DNA from: a virus
Lineage: Duplodnaviria > Caudoviricetes
Length of the DNA stretch: 43,628 nucleotides
Virus record (IMG/VR): IMGVR_UViG_3300032295_004586
Coordinates: 1 to 43,628 of that record
Direction: 5' to 3' (one strand)
This document shows positions 21,658 to 31,700 of this stretch, in pieces (the first letter of the stretch is position 1; every line of letters starts with the position of its first letter). The notes below the pieces were generated by a model, which had not been told where the DNA came from, did not search any database, and was given only the letters and a program-made list of their open reading frames with translations. The position numbers and the translations under genes were made by a program.

Positions 21658-21936
21658 ATGGGAATACCAATAGATCCAAAAAAATTAAAACTTAAGTATG
21701 AACTAAAAGTTTATAAGAAAATGGATACTTGGCCTTCTTCTGAAGATATTTTATATGAAATATCTAGGTATCTAGAACATAAAGAAAAAAATCAAATCTC
21801 AAAGGCTAAACTATTAGAAATGGTTTCGCAGGATGAGGAAAAATTACAAATGATACTGAATGAATTAATAAAAAAACATTTTTTGAAGCAAGAAACTGAA
21901 ACTACATTTTCTTTGCTTAAACACGGTTGGGAATAA
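21658..21936 (+). CDS. Small hypothetical protein, winged-helix-like (92 aa)
   Basis: In the operon between uvsX and the helicase; C-terminal LNELIKKHFLKQ-beta pattern typical of wHTH. Confidence 0.55.
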   Translation: MGIPIDPKKLKLKYELKVYKKMDTWPSSEDILYEISRYLEHKEKNQISKAKLLEMVSQDEEKLQMILNELIKKHFLKQETETTFSLLKHGWE

Positions 21937-21944
21937 AAATAAAA

Positions 21945-23264
21945 ATGGAATCAACTCAATTTGAGCGTTTATATTTAAAGTATACATTAGAGAATCCTGA
22001 TTATCTACATAAAATAAAAGTAGAATTCTTTAGGATTAAAGAATATCAAAGAATATTCTCTATTGTAAAAAAGTTCTTTGAAAGATATAATAAAATACCA
22101 AGCAAGAATCAATTTGAACACTTACTTGTCGAAAAGAAATTAACTGAAAAGGTAAGTAAAGAAGCAGTTGATTCAATATATGATGTAGATATAAACGAAT
22201 ATGATCAAGAATGGCTTAAGACAAATTTCCATACATTCTTGGAATATCGAAATATCCTCATTGCATTAGAAAGTGGTGTTGAATATGCTCAAACTACAGA
22301 AGTAAATACAGAAAATGTAAACGATTTTGTTTATACTATAAAAAAACTTCTTTTAGAAAATGAATCCATGAGTCTAGATTTCAATGGTGGTCTAGACTTT
22401 TACAATGCTGACTCACATAAATCTAAAAGAATAGAAAGATTCACAACTGGTTATCCATTTTTTGATGCTGTATTAGGTGGTGGATATGGTCTCGGTAACC
22501 TAGTGGTATTACTAGGTGAACCTAAAGTTGGTAAAAGCGTTTGGCTTGTAAATTTAGCTTGTAATGCTGTAAGAAATGGACATAATGTTTGTTATATTAC
22601 ACTAGAATTACAGGACTTTGAAATCACTCAAAGATGTGGTGCAAACTTATTGAATCTTTCAATGGATCAATATGCGGTTTCTGCTGAAGATCCGATTGAG
22701 ATGAAAAATAAATTGAAAGATTTTAAATATGAAAATTCTACAACTGAGTTTATTGTTCCAGGACAACTATTCGTAAAAGAATTCCCTATGTCAACTGCTT
22801 CTGTTCCTGATTTTGAATCGTATCTAAAAAAAGAACAAGAAGTACATGGAATTAAATTCGATGTTGTAATTATTGACTATATAGGTATTGTGAAAAATTG
22901 GAGGATTCCAAACTCTGAAAATACTTATATGAAAATCAAACATGTCTCTGAAGATCTTAGAGCTATGGGTCAAAAACAAAAATGGTGTATAGTAACAGCT
23001 ATGCAGGTTAATAGAGGTGCATTTGCATCTAGTAATATCAATATTACGAATATAGCCGAGGGTTCTTCATTGGCACATACTGTAGATTTTATGGGTGCGA
23101 TTATTCAAGATCCATTGATGTACAGTGAAAATAGTTATATCATTAAAGCTCTTCTGACAAGACATGCACAAGCAAAGAATTATCGAAAGAAATTTAATGT
23201 AAAATATAATTATATGAAAATTGACGAAGATCCAGATTCGCCTATAACACAAGACATAGAATAA
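21945..23264 (+). CDS. Replicative DnaB-like helicase (T4 gp41-like)
   Basis: TTGYPFFDAVLGGG, Walker A GEPKVGKS, YITLEL, VKEFP, Walker B IIDYIGI, SEDLRAMG, TAMQVNR. ATG at 21945 preferred to TTG at 21927. Confidence 0.92.
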   Translation: MESTQFERLYLKYTLENPDYLHKIKVEFFRIKEYQRIFSIVKKFFERYNKIPSKNQFEHLLVEKKLTEKVSKEAVDSIYDVDINEYDQEWLKTNFHTFLEYRNILIALESGVEYAQTTEVNTENVNDFVYTIKKLLLENESMSLDFNGGLDFYNADSHKSKRIERFTTGYPFFDAVLGGGYGLGNLVVLLGEPKVGKSVWLVNLACNAVRNGHNVCYITLELQDFEITQRCGANLLNLSMDQYAVSAEDPIEMKNKLKDFKYENSTTEFIVPGQLFVKEFPMSTASVPDFESYLKKEQEVHGIKFDVVIIDYIGIVKNWRIPNSENTYMKIKHVSEDLRAMGQKQKWCIVTAMQVNRGAFASSNINITNIAEGSSLAHTVDFMGAIIQDPLMYSENSYIIKALLTRHAQAKNYRKKFNVKYNYMKIDEDPDSPITQDIE

Positions 23265-23280
23265 AAATAAAATAGAATAT

Positions 23281-23739
23281 ATGAGTAATTCTCGTTACAA
23301 AAGAGGCGATAAAATTTTAGATAATGATTTCAATCAAAATAATATAGAATTTACGGCTTCTCAAAACAATAATATTGATGAAATATATGTTGATCAATAT
23401 CTTGATTATTGTAAAAACCCACATGAATATGATAGACGATCGAGATTAGAAAATCATATAGTTAATGTTATAGAGCAGTCTGAATTTGCTCATTATTTAA
23501 TTGAACAGAGAAAATTTCCTAAAAATAATTTATCTGAACTTTATATTCTCGTACATTCAAATACTACTACTATGGAGTGGTCTAGAGTAGAGTTAATTGA
23601 TAAAACTGCAGAAATACTTAAGATAAACCTATCTCAGTTCTTTAATGCCATACCTATAAAATTCAAAGAAGAGCTATTAAATGAATTAAATGTTGATTTT
23701 GACATTTTTAAGTCCAAAAAAATAGGAAGACTGTTTTAA
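23281..23739 (+). CDS. Putative late-transcription coactivator (T4 gp33-like)
   Basis: C-terminal WSRVELIDKTAEILKINLSQFFNAIPIKFKEELLNE keeps the S..E......E...I...QF...IP....E....E spacing of T4 gp33 as I recall it; ends in a hydrophobic LF. Confidence 0.5.
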   Translation: MSNSRYKRGDKILDNDFNQNNIEFTASQNNNIDEIYVDQYLDYCKNPHEYDRRSRLENHIVNVIEQSEFAHYLIEQRKFPKNNLSELYILVHSNTTTMEWSRVELIDKTAEILKINLSQFFNAIPIKFKEELLNELNVDFDIFKSKKIGRLF

Positions 23740-23802
23740 TAAGAACTTAAATATATGTTTGGAAAATAGAATATATACAGGATAATATTTAACAAATGAT
23801 CC

Positions 23803-25776
23803 ATGAGTTCTTATTTATCATTACCTGGTGATTATGCTGTAATCACCCAAACAATTTCAAATCTTCCAAGAATTGATTACTATCAAGTCATTGAAAATGT
23901 TGATTATGACAATGTAGATGAAACTGTTGTTGAAAAGGAAGTTAGATGGAGTTTTGATCAAGAAACATATTCATCTTGGATAGAACTTAATTTGCCTAAT
24001 ATTCAGAATATATCTTTGGGGGATAATCAAGTTGTTTATTTTCAAATCCGATACACATTGGTTTCTGGGGATCCTTTAACAATTAATAGCATAGATCCTT
24101 TAATTGTTACTATTCCTGAAAATACAGCAGACAATGTTTTACAGCCACCAGTTAATGCTTACACTACTGGTAATCATAGGGGGAGTGCCTTTCTCAATAA
24201 TTTCTATTTTGATCCATATGCTGTAAATCTTGCAGTAGAGCTTCAAAGAAAGTTATCATATAATGTAAATCAGATATTTGGTCATAAAGCAGCTTATATT
24301 AGGGTTACTCCTCAGATGCGCTCATTGGATGTTATTTTAAAAGAATATGGAATATATGAGTCTTCTAAAGATTATAAGTGCGTAAAGATTTTAGTGCCTA
24401 ATAATCAATTTCCAGATTCAAAATTAAATTTCAATCCATTTAATATAGACTATGAAGAACCATTTGAAGTTCATATCGATAAAAGATATTTTGAATCCTT
24501 TTTCGGTAAAGGTGTAGGTCCTCAAAAAAGAGATATAGTATATTTACCTATTGCAAATCGTTTATACGAAGTAGCGTCATCTACCCAACATAGAGATCTT
24601 ATGTATAAAGATCTTTACTATAAAGTATCTTTGATTAAATACGCAGATAAAGCGAATGTTCTTAAAAATGAGACACTTACTACAGAATTAGATGTGTTGA
24701 GTAACAGTACAGCTGAATTATTTGATGATAAAGTAACACAAGAATTACAAAAAATTACAAATGTTCAGCAGTTTACAGTAGCAACAAGAAGATCGGATAA
24801 AGTTAGAGATTATATTGATCCAAATCTTTTAATTGAGGAAAGAGATTTAATAAACTATCATACCCTCATTTCTCATTATAGATATGATTTAAGTGCTTCT
24901 CCCACGAATTCAGATGGTTCTGTGAGAACTATGGTGGATTATTTAGTTCCAGTTTCTTGGGATACAACAGCGGAACGAGCATTAACTTGTTGGTTTTTAT
25001 TGAGAAATCCGACTACTTTAATACGATCTGTTACTGTTCTTGAAGAATATGGAAATGAATATACAATTACTACGAATGCGGATGTCGGAGCAATAGTCGG
25101 AGATACTGTTACATTTACAAAGAATAATTCAACATTAACATTCTATGGAATAGTAACACAAAGAATTTCCGCTACTGTAATAAAAGTAGAAATTTCAAAT
25201 GATATACAGAATTATTTAAATAATAATTATCCAGATTGGAATTGTAATTGTGCTGGGATGAAAGTAAGGAAGAACTATCCTAGAATATTCATTGATGGAT
25301 TGTATAATGATAATGGATTTAGATTAGAATGCAATGCAAGTAAGTTCTTTAGAGCAACAGTAGGGGATAAGATTTATGATTTCATTTTACCTACTGATTT
25401 ATCTTTGGATACTTGGTATTGTTTAGTCTTTAATTATTCTGCGCAATATAAACAACTTTCTTTGACGATATTAAAGAGAAAATGGAATCCTAATACCAAT
25501 CTTCCAGCTACAACTGATATGGATGTAGTATACGAATACATTTACAATAATATCGTTGTTGAAGATGTTTCACATCCATATAAATATAAAGTTATGGCTA
25601 GTTATTTAAAAATGACTAATTTGAGACTTATGAGTACAACTATTGAACCTGAGAAAATGGTTAAGTTCTTAAATGAATCAATAGTTTCAGATTCAGATCA
25701 GTCTTTGATAATAGATAATGCTATACCTAGAATGAAATTACCTTATGTTGGTGGTCATCCAAACAAATTACTATAA
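23803..25776 (+). CDS. Neck/head-closure protein (T4 gp14-like) with N- and C-terminal extensions
   Basis: FEVHIDKRYFESFFG...PQKRDIVYLPIANRLYEV matches the gp14 P..GD.IY.P...LFE pattern; the C-terminal region is LamG-like (LSLDTWYCLVFN). AATATATA promoter variant at 23770-23777. Confidence 0.6.
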   Translation: MSSYLSLPGDYAVITQTISNLPRIDYYQVIENVDYDNVDETVVEKEVRWSFDQETYSSWIELNLPNIQNISLGDNQVVYFQIRYTLVSGDPLTINSIDPLIVTIPENTADNVLQPPVNAYTTGNHRGSAFLNNFYFDPYAVNLAVELQRKLSYNVNQIFGHKAAYIRVTPQMRSLDVILKEYGIYESSKDYKCVKILVPNNQFPDSKLNFNPFNIDYEEPFEVHIDKRYFESFFGKGVGPQKRDIVYLPIANRLYEVASSTQHRDLMYKDLYYKVSLIKYADKANVLKNETLTTELDVLSNSTAELFDDKVTQELQKITNVQQFTVATRRSDKVRDYIDPNLLIEERDLINYHTLISHYRYDLSASPTNSDGSVRTMVDYLVPVSWDTTAERALTCWFLLRNPTTLIRSVTVLEEYGNEYTITTNADVGAIVGDTVTFTKNNSTLTFYGIVTQRISATVIKVEISNDIQNYLNNNYPDWNCNCAGMKVRKNYPRIFIDGLYNDNGFRLECNASKFFRATVGDKIYDFILPTDLSLDTWYCLVFNYSAQYKQLSLTILKRKWNPNTNLPATTDMDVVYEYIYNNIVVEDVSHPYKYKVMASYLKMTNLRLMSTTIEPEKMVKFLNESIVSDSDQSLIIDNAIPRMKLPYVGGHPNKLL

Positions 25777-25808
25777 TTTTGATATAGTAATAGAAAGGAG
25801 AAAAAAAT

Positions 25809-26504
25809 ATGAGTTCAAATAACCAAGACCTAGATATTTTAAGAGAGCTTGAAAAAGTAAATCTAGATATACAAGGTAGAATACAAAATGATCCTAAAAT
25901 CCTACAGTCAGTAACCAAACCAAAAACGGGATTTACAGACTTTAGAAAAATGTTGGATGAAACTAATCAAAATGTACGACCAATTGTAGAAGCATTTTGT
26001 GAATCTTATGTTTCATCTGAAAATATGATGGATCCTAGAGTTCAACAAAGATTGAATGTAGATTCAATTGCTCTTTCTGAAATATTATGGAAAAAGGCAG
26101 TGAGTGATGTTGCTTTGATTCAAATTATGGAAAGGATTGATTCTGGTGATGATGATTTTAAGATGTATACTGCATTAGCATCTCTTTTAGGTTCTAAGGA
26201 TAATATGCCAAAAGAACTCTTACAAACTATCATGGTTCTAGAAAAAAATTATAAAGAACTTAAAAGTGAATTATTTGAACAGAAAAAATTACCGATGGAA
26301 GATACAGAAGGAGTTAATCCTAACTCCTTAAAGTTTAGAGGTACTCGAAACTTATTGATGGCTATTAAAAATGCAAATGAAATAGAAGAAAGTAAAAAAG
26401 CATTGGATTTAGAAGAACAGCTAAAAGAAGAAACAGAAGATAAAGTTGATATTGTTGTACAAAAGAAGTATATTGAAGAAGATAATGATTTAAAAGAAGA
26501 ATAA
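25809..26504 (+). CDS. Helical protein, possible terminase small subunit (gp16-like)
   Basis: KMYTALASLL followed by a coiled coil and FRGTRNLL, echoing T4-like TerS R.YEV.A.L...F.GS..EL motifs; weak similarity. Confidence 0.35.
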   Translation: MSSNNQDLDILRELEKVNLDIQGRIQNDPKILQSVTKPKTGFTDFRKMLDETNQNVRPIVEAFCESYVSSENMMDPRVQQRLNVDSIALSEILWKKAVSDVALIQIMERIDSGDDDFKMYTALASLLGSKDNMPKELLQTIMVLEKNYKELKSELFEQKKLPMEDTEGVNPNSLKFRGTRNLLMAIKNANEIEESKKALDLEEQLKEETEDKVDIVVQKKYIEEDNDLKEE

Positions 26505-26536
26505 TTTTCTATTTACTTCTAACTTTGGATAAAATA

Positions 26537-27310
26537 ATGAGCGAAAAGAAAGTTCTTGTAATTTCCAATCAAAACAAAATAAATATTAGTAACTCTATAA
26601 ACCTAGATATTTCTCTCCCAGACAATATCCATGGTTTTGAAATCAGGGATTATGTTTCTAGTATTTTAGAAAACATAATAGATAATAACACTATTGAGTG
26701 GGTAATCTATGATTTGAAGATTGATACTTCAAATGTAGAAGATATGATCATATTCAATTCATATTTGCCACACTATTTTTATAATAAATGCTCTAAATTG
26801 AATTTCATATTCTTATCGCCAGGATCGGTTTGTGAAGTTAAGTCATTAGATATTACGGATCAAAATATAATATCACCTTTTGTAAATAGCATTTCTAACG
26901 GTGAAGTATTTGGAGAAAGAGCCTGGACATTAAGGTGTGATATATTTCAGGAGTCTCTTTTAGAGGGCTTATTGTCCAACGAGAGCGTTAATTACGGATC
27001 AATAGATAAAACATATAGCTTTATAACTAAAGAGTCTCTAAATCAAATTATAGATGCTTTAATCCTAAATCACAATGAAGTAAAATCTGGATATTATAAT
27101 ATAATACCAAAAGATACCCATACCGAGTATGAATTATTGAATTATTTATGTTGGAAGAAGAAATATACCCATTACGTAGAAAGATCAACTTCAAAAGATT
27201 CTGTTAATAAATCAATAAAAACATCTAAACTAGGTGATTTAAAAAAACTATGGAAACTTGCTGGGTATGACGATATACCGTCATTTAAAAGCCTATACGA
27301 TTCTGTATAA
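26537..27310 (+). CDS. Degenerate RmlD-like (dTDP-4-dehydrorhamnose reductase fold) protein, probably non-catalytic
   Basis: Retains KVLVI, NSYLPH, FIFLS, GEV...TLR, SLLE, GYYNIIP.D...YELL; lacks the GxxGxxG and YxxxK motifs. Confidence 0.55.
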   Translation: MSEKKVLVISNQNKINISNSINLDISLPDNIHGFEIRDYVSSILENIIDNNTIEWVIYDLKIDTSNVEDMIIFNSYLPHYFYNKCSKLNFIFLSPGSVCEVKSLDITDQNIISPFVNSISNGEVFGERAWTLRCDIFQESLLEGLLSNESVNYGSIDKTYSFITKESLNQIIDALILNHNEVKSGYYNIIPKDTHTEYELLNYLCWKKKYTHYVERSTSKDSVNKSIKTSKLGDLKKLWKLAGYDDIPSFKSLYDSV

Positions 27311-27314
27311 AATA

Positions 27315-27345
27315 AAAGGGAAATATAACTTGTATATTTCCCTTT
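27315..27345. terminator. Probable bidirectional intrinsic terminator
   Basis: Perfect 13-bp stem AAAGGGAAATATA / TATATTTCCCTTT with a 5-nt loop between convergent genes, with A/T-rich flanks on both sides. Confidence 0.8.
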
Positions 27346-27362
27346 ATCTTTTTAGTGGCTTA

Positions 27363-28076
27363 TTAATCTAGTATTTCGACTAGTTTTTCATGAGCAAATG
27401 CCATAGCTAATCTAATTGATGCTTGAACATCCTTTCTGCAGTACTTAACCACTTCTTCAATATTACCTTCAAAGTAATTTTCTTTTACATTTGACCCTTT
27501 AACTTCTCCAGACTTAGGTGATTCAACTCCCATAAGATTGCAGACTAAATCAAATGTACACATTCCATTAATTGTATTAAGTTCACTCCATACTCTTAAT
27601 AGATCTAATGATATAATTTCCCATGGCTTTTTATCCCATGTATCGAATTGAATAGGGGGTAGTATTTTATATGTCAACATTCTTCTATAGACAAATGGGA
27701 CATCAAATTTCTTAATATTGAACCCTGCTAAAATATGATGTGTGAATCTAGTATTTATAACTTGGGCGAATGTCTTTAATACTGTTTCTTCATCAGAATT
27801 TTGATCCCCTATAGATTCAACTTTCCATTTATTTTCTTTTGTGCAAAAATATCCATAGGATATACAAATTACTTTGCCATATTCTGGATATAAACATGAA
27901 AACTCTTCATAACTTTTTTCAGGATTATCTTTGTATTTATCCTGATCTTCACATTTATCTACCCATATCTTAGATAATTCGTATTCATTTTCTTTAAACT
28001 CTTGAAATGTCCGATGTCTTGAAACGGTCTCAATATCAAAAAATAGACATTTTTGTAAATAATTTAAGTTGTACAT
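27363..28076 (-). CDS. Stand-alone DEDDy 3'-5' exonuclease (PolB-exo-like family)
   Basis: ExoI FFDIET, LYPEYGKVICIS, ExoII GFNIKKFDVPF, ExoIII YCRKDV. ATG at 28076 preferred to TTG at 28088. Confidence 0.85.
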   Translation of the reverse strand: MYNLNYLQKCLFFDIETVSRHRTFQEFKENEYELSKIWVDKCEDQDKYKDNPEKSYEEFSCLYPEYGKVICISYGYFCTKENKWKVESIGDQNSDEETVLKTFAQVINTRFTHHILAGFNIKKFDVPFVYRRMLTYKILPPIQFDTWDKKPWEIISLDLLRVWSELNTINGMCTFDLVCNLMGVESPKSGEVKGSNVKENYFEGNIEEVVKYCRKDVQASIRLAMAFAHEKLVEILD

Positions 28077-28104
28077 AAAATTACCCAAATGTTAATAATA
28101 TGTA

Positions 28105-28136
28105 CAAATATAATAAAAGAAATCCAAATTTACAAT
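28105..28136 (-). promoter_or_regulatory. Bacteroidota-type sigma70 promoter for the exonuclease
   Basis: TATATTTG at 28112-28105 with ATTG 20 nt upstream (28136-28133). Confidence 0.55.
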
Positions 28137-28141
28137 TTTTA

Positions 28142-28687
28142 TTATTGATTTTCTTTTAACAGTTCAAATATATTAAATGTAAATTCACAAGTAAATGAAC
28201 TTTGTTGAGGTAATGCTGAGGTATAACTAAGTTCTAATGTACTGAGATTAGTCATAGTTATTTGTTGTAATTTGATAGCTACAAATTCTCTCCCACCATA
28301 ATCTAATAATCTTAATCTACATGTAGGTAAATATTCAATTTCATTATCAAACTCTAAAAATAATCTCAACTGATCGTAAAGAATGAAATAGTTAATATAA
28401 CCTTCTGTTAATTTGAAAGTAACAGAAAATTTTTGATTGGTTAATAAATGTTGAGGTAAATGACCTCTCCAAATAGTTTTACGTGCACTCAAATATTGTT
28501 CAGAAGAAGGAACAGAGATACTAGGTAATGTAAATGATTGTATAGTATGATTAACAAAATCGGAAACATTATCTATTGGTAAAGGTAAAGCTCGTACATA
28601 AGCCCTATATTTTTCTTCAATTTGTGGAAAGAAGAATCCTTTAGGGAATCTGAAGTCAAATAAATTTTGTCTAGCATTTAATATCAT
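28142..28687 (-). CDS. Tail terminator / tail-tube-fold protein (T4 gp3-like)
   Basis: IQSFTLPSISVP, FSVTFKLTE...NYFILYD, LRLLD, LSTLELSYT...FTCEFTFNIF follow the gp3/gp19 pattern. Confidence 0.6.
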   Translation of the reverse strand: MILNARQNLFDFRFPKGFFFPQIEEKYRAYVRALPLPIDNVSDFVNHTIQSFTLPSISVPSSEQYLSARKTIWRGHLPQHLLTNQKFSVTFKLTEGYINYFILYDQLRLFLEFDNEIEYLPTCRLRLLDYGGREFVAIKLQQITMTNLSTLELSYTSALPQQSSFTCEFTFNIFELLKENQ

Positions 28688-28701
28688 AATCTATAAGAAT
28701 G

Positions 28702-31700
28702 TTATAATGGTATTCTTGTGCCACTACTGCCACCGCCACCAATAATTCCTGGAACAGCTTTCTTTATTATATCCCATTTATGTCTTTGTTCATAAGGGTT
28801 AGTTTTTACATTCAAATACTGATTAAGGGGGAGACCATCGTATTCAGGTCTCAAATATACACCTTGCACTATATTTGGTGCTATTATATTCTTAATTTCT
28901 ATTTTGATATATTTAATATCTAAATTTACTGGTTGATTGATGGATAAATATTCCATCTTTTCGGTTAATTGTGAAATAATAATATCACCAACTTTTAAAT
29001 AATTAATAGTATCTACCTGAATTTCAATTCTTCTATTATTTGTCTTAAAACCATCGTATGTAAATGGTGTAAATTTATAGAACGATTCGGTTGTTCCGTT
29101 TGATAAATTCTTAAAAGTTAATTCATTTCTTACTTGACTATCCCAATCAATAACTTTACCGTATACAATTTTGTCCGTGTTTCCAGAAGGTGGGTTAGTA
29201 CCTGTACCTGAATTAGATCCTGTATTATTTCTTACATTTCTATTTCTTTCTCTAGCAATAGGAGTAAGATTATATTGTGGATCTGTAAAATTATTATTTC
29301 TAGTTGCTGTATTTGTTGTACCGCCTATTAAACTATTTACTGTTGCATTAACATTTGAATTAGTATTTGTACCAACTGTAGAACCTGATCCAGCGAGTTG
29401 GAAACCTTTCTTTGATGTATCTAGTCCAGCATCAATAGTTATTGGATTAAAGCCAGTTGATGGCAATACACCTAAATCATTACCTGATCTACCTGCGAAA
29501 TCTACATAATTAATTTTACTTGCTACATTTGTAATAGTCACATTGTTATTATTATTTATACCAACATTTCTATTTAAAATATCAGATGCTCTTACTCTAG
29601 TCCCTTGTGTACCAGTACCTTGATTACCTGTACCACCAGTACCTTGATTACCTGTACCACCAGTACCTTGATTACCAGTTCCTTGGTTTCCAGTACCCTG
29701 ATTACCAGTTCCTTGGTTTCCAGTTCCTTGATTACCAGTTCCTTGGTTTCCAGTTCCTTGATTACCTGTACCTTCGTTACCAGTACCCTGATTACCAGTT
29801 CCTTGATTACCAGAACCAGTATTAGGATTTGATCCACTAGTATTTTCAAGATCTTCAATGGATTTTAATATCTTATTCAATTGATCTTGGAATGCAGCAA
29901 TATTTTGATTTTCTAAATCAGCTGCTCTTTTAGCTTGTTCTCTTAAATCTAACTCTCTTTGATTCAAAACTCTTTCTTTACTTGAAACATCTCTTTGCAA
30001 GGAGTTCAATAAATCTGATTGTGCACTCTGAGCAGCAGACTGAGCATTTAATCTTGCTTCTAGTGCTGCCAATTCAGATGCTCTTTGGCTTAATTCAGAT
30101 TGTCTAGTATTAAGAGATAATTGTGATGTTCGTATATTATTTAATACTCTTTCTAATTCGTTTCTTCTTATTTTTTCTATTTCATCTTTAACTGTATCAG
30201 CTTCCTGCATCCTACGCCATTTACCTGTGTATAATGTAGTTTCACTAACACCTGATCCAGAAGGAATAATTTGTATTACTTGCAACATATTTTTAGGGAC
30301 AAAATATGTTACACCGTCAAAAATAAGTTCAAATAAATCAGTATCACCTTTAGAATAATATTCTTTAGAAATAATATTTATTTCTTTGTTAGCAATCCCA
30401 CCTACAAAGGTATCCATAACTTTAACTTTTATGAAAGAAGGTACCTTTGAAGTTATGTAAAATGTTCCACCTTCGTTAGCATAAATACTTGAGGATTCCT
30501 TTGCTGGTATTTTAAAAACAACTTCCCCTTCTGCCAAATTTGTAGAATAAAAACCTTCGAGTTTTGAAAACTTAACTCGTTTTCCAGCATATTCTATTAC
30601 CAAAAATAAATCAACATCGTATCTTAAATCTAAAGATGTTGTAACATTATTTTCAAGGTATCTATGCATTTTGAATTTTACATAGTTTTCAAAGGGATGT
30701 AATAGCATAATTGCTTCCCCTTGACCAAATATAACATCCCAGTTCCAAACGGATTCTGTTGTAAAGGTTCCATCCGTTTTAAGAATTACATTTGAAGTAT
30801 TAACTGCAACTTCGTTAAAATCAAAAAATGTTGGTGTAAAGAATTTTTCAACTTTTTTATCAACAAACTTTCTATTTACTTGTAATTTATTTTCTTCAAC
30901 AATTTTATTATAGATCTTGAATGATCTAACCGAACCTTCGAGATTTACTTTTTCTACCTTTCTACCATATCTCTTTGGTTCAAACGATGTCACAGATGCT
31001 AATCTAACAATCTGACTTCCAGTTCCTTTATCTGTAAGCCTCATTACATAATCTATACTAAAAGAATAAGCTGAATCGGCATTTTTCAGAACTGGTCTAA
31101 AACGTTTAGGACTATTAAAATCTCCTTCTTGGATTGAAACGAAATAATCTGTTTGAACTTGACTGAATCCGATTTGCTCATACACATATAATTCGTGGAA
31201 CACATAATAATCTCCACCTGTACCATTCAAACCAACAACTAAATCTTCAACAAATCCACCTTGCCAAGATGGATAATATTCAAAACAATCCTCTTCATCA
31301 TTTTCTATAATAACGGCTGTAAGTAAACTATAAGCATCTTGTTGCTTAAATGTAACATTTGAAACTTCCCCAGTTGTTAAAGATAAAACTACACCATTAT
31401 CATTTGTAGTAGGTATCTCTCTGAGAGTTATACTTATCAGCCCATTTTTTACAAATCCTTTAGTATCAGAACTTAACCAATAAGCCAATGCACCACTTGT
31501 AGGATTTGCATAGAACTCTTCATTTAAGGAAAATAATGAGGGTATTAGAACTTCAATATATCTATCATAGCTTCTACCTGAAATAACTATAGGTCGAGCG
31601 TTGAATTTGATATATTCATCGCCTTTTAAATAAGCTATTTGAGCAACTGTACAATTCTTTCCAGATACTTCAGGGTATTCTATACTTAATAGTAATCCAT

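Noticed and set aside
27880-27910. SCLYPE in the exonuclease (and SLYP in two fibre proteins) as the missing PolB motif A
   Set aside because: No catalytic Asp-containing palm context; LYPExGK is a normal feature of this exonuclease family, and the fibre matches are coincidental.
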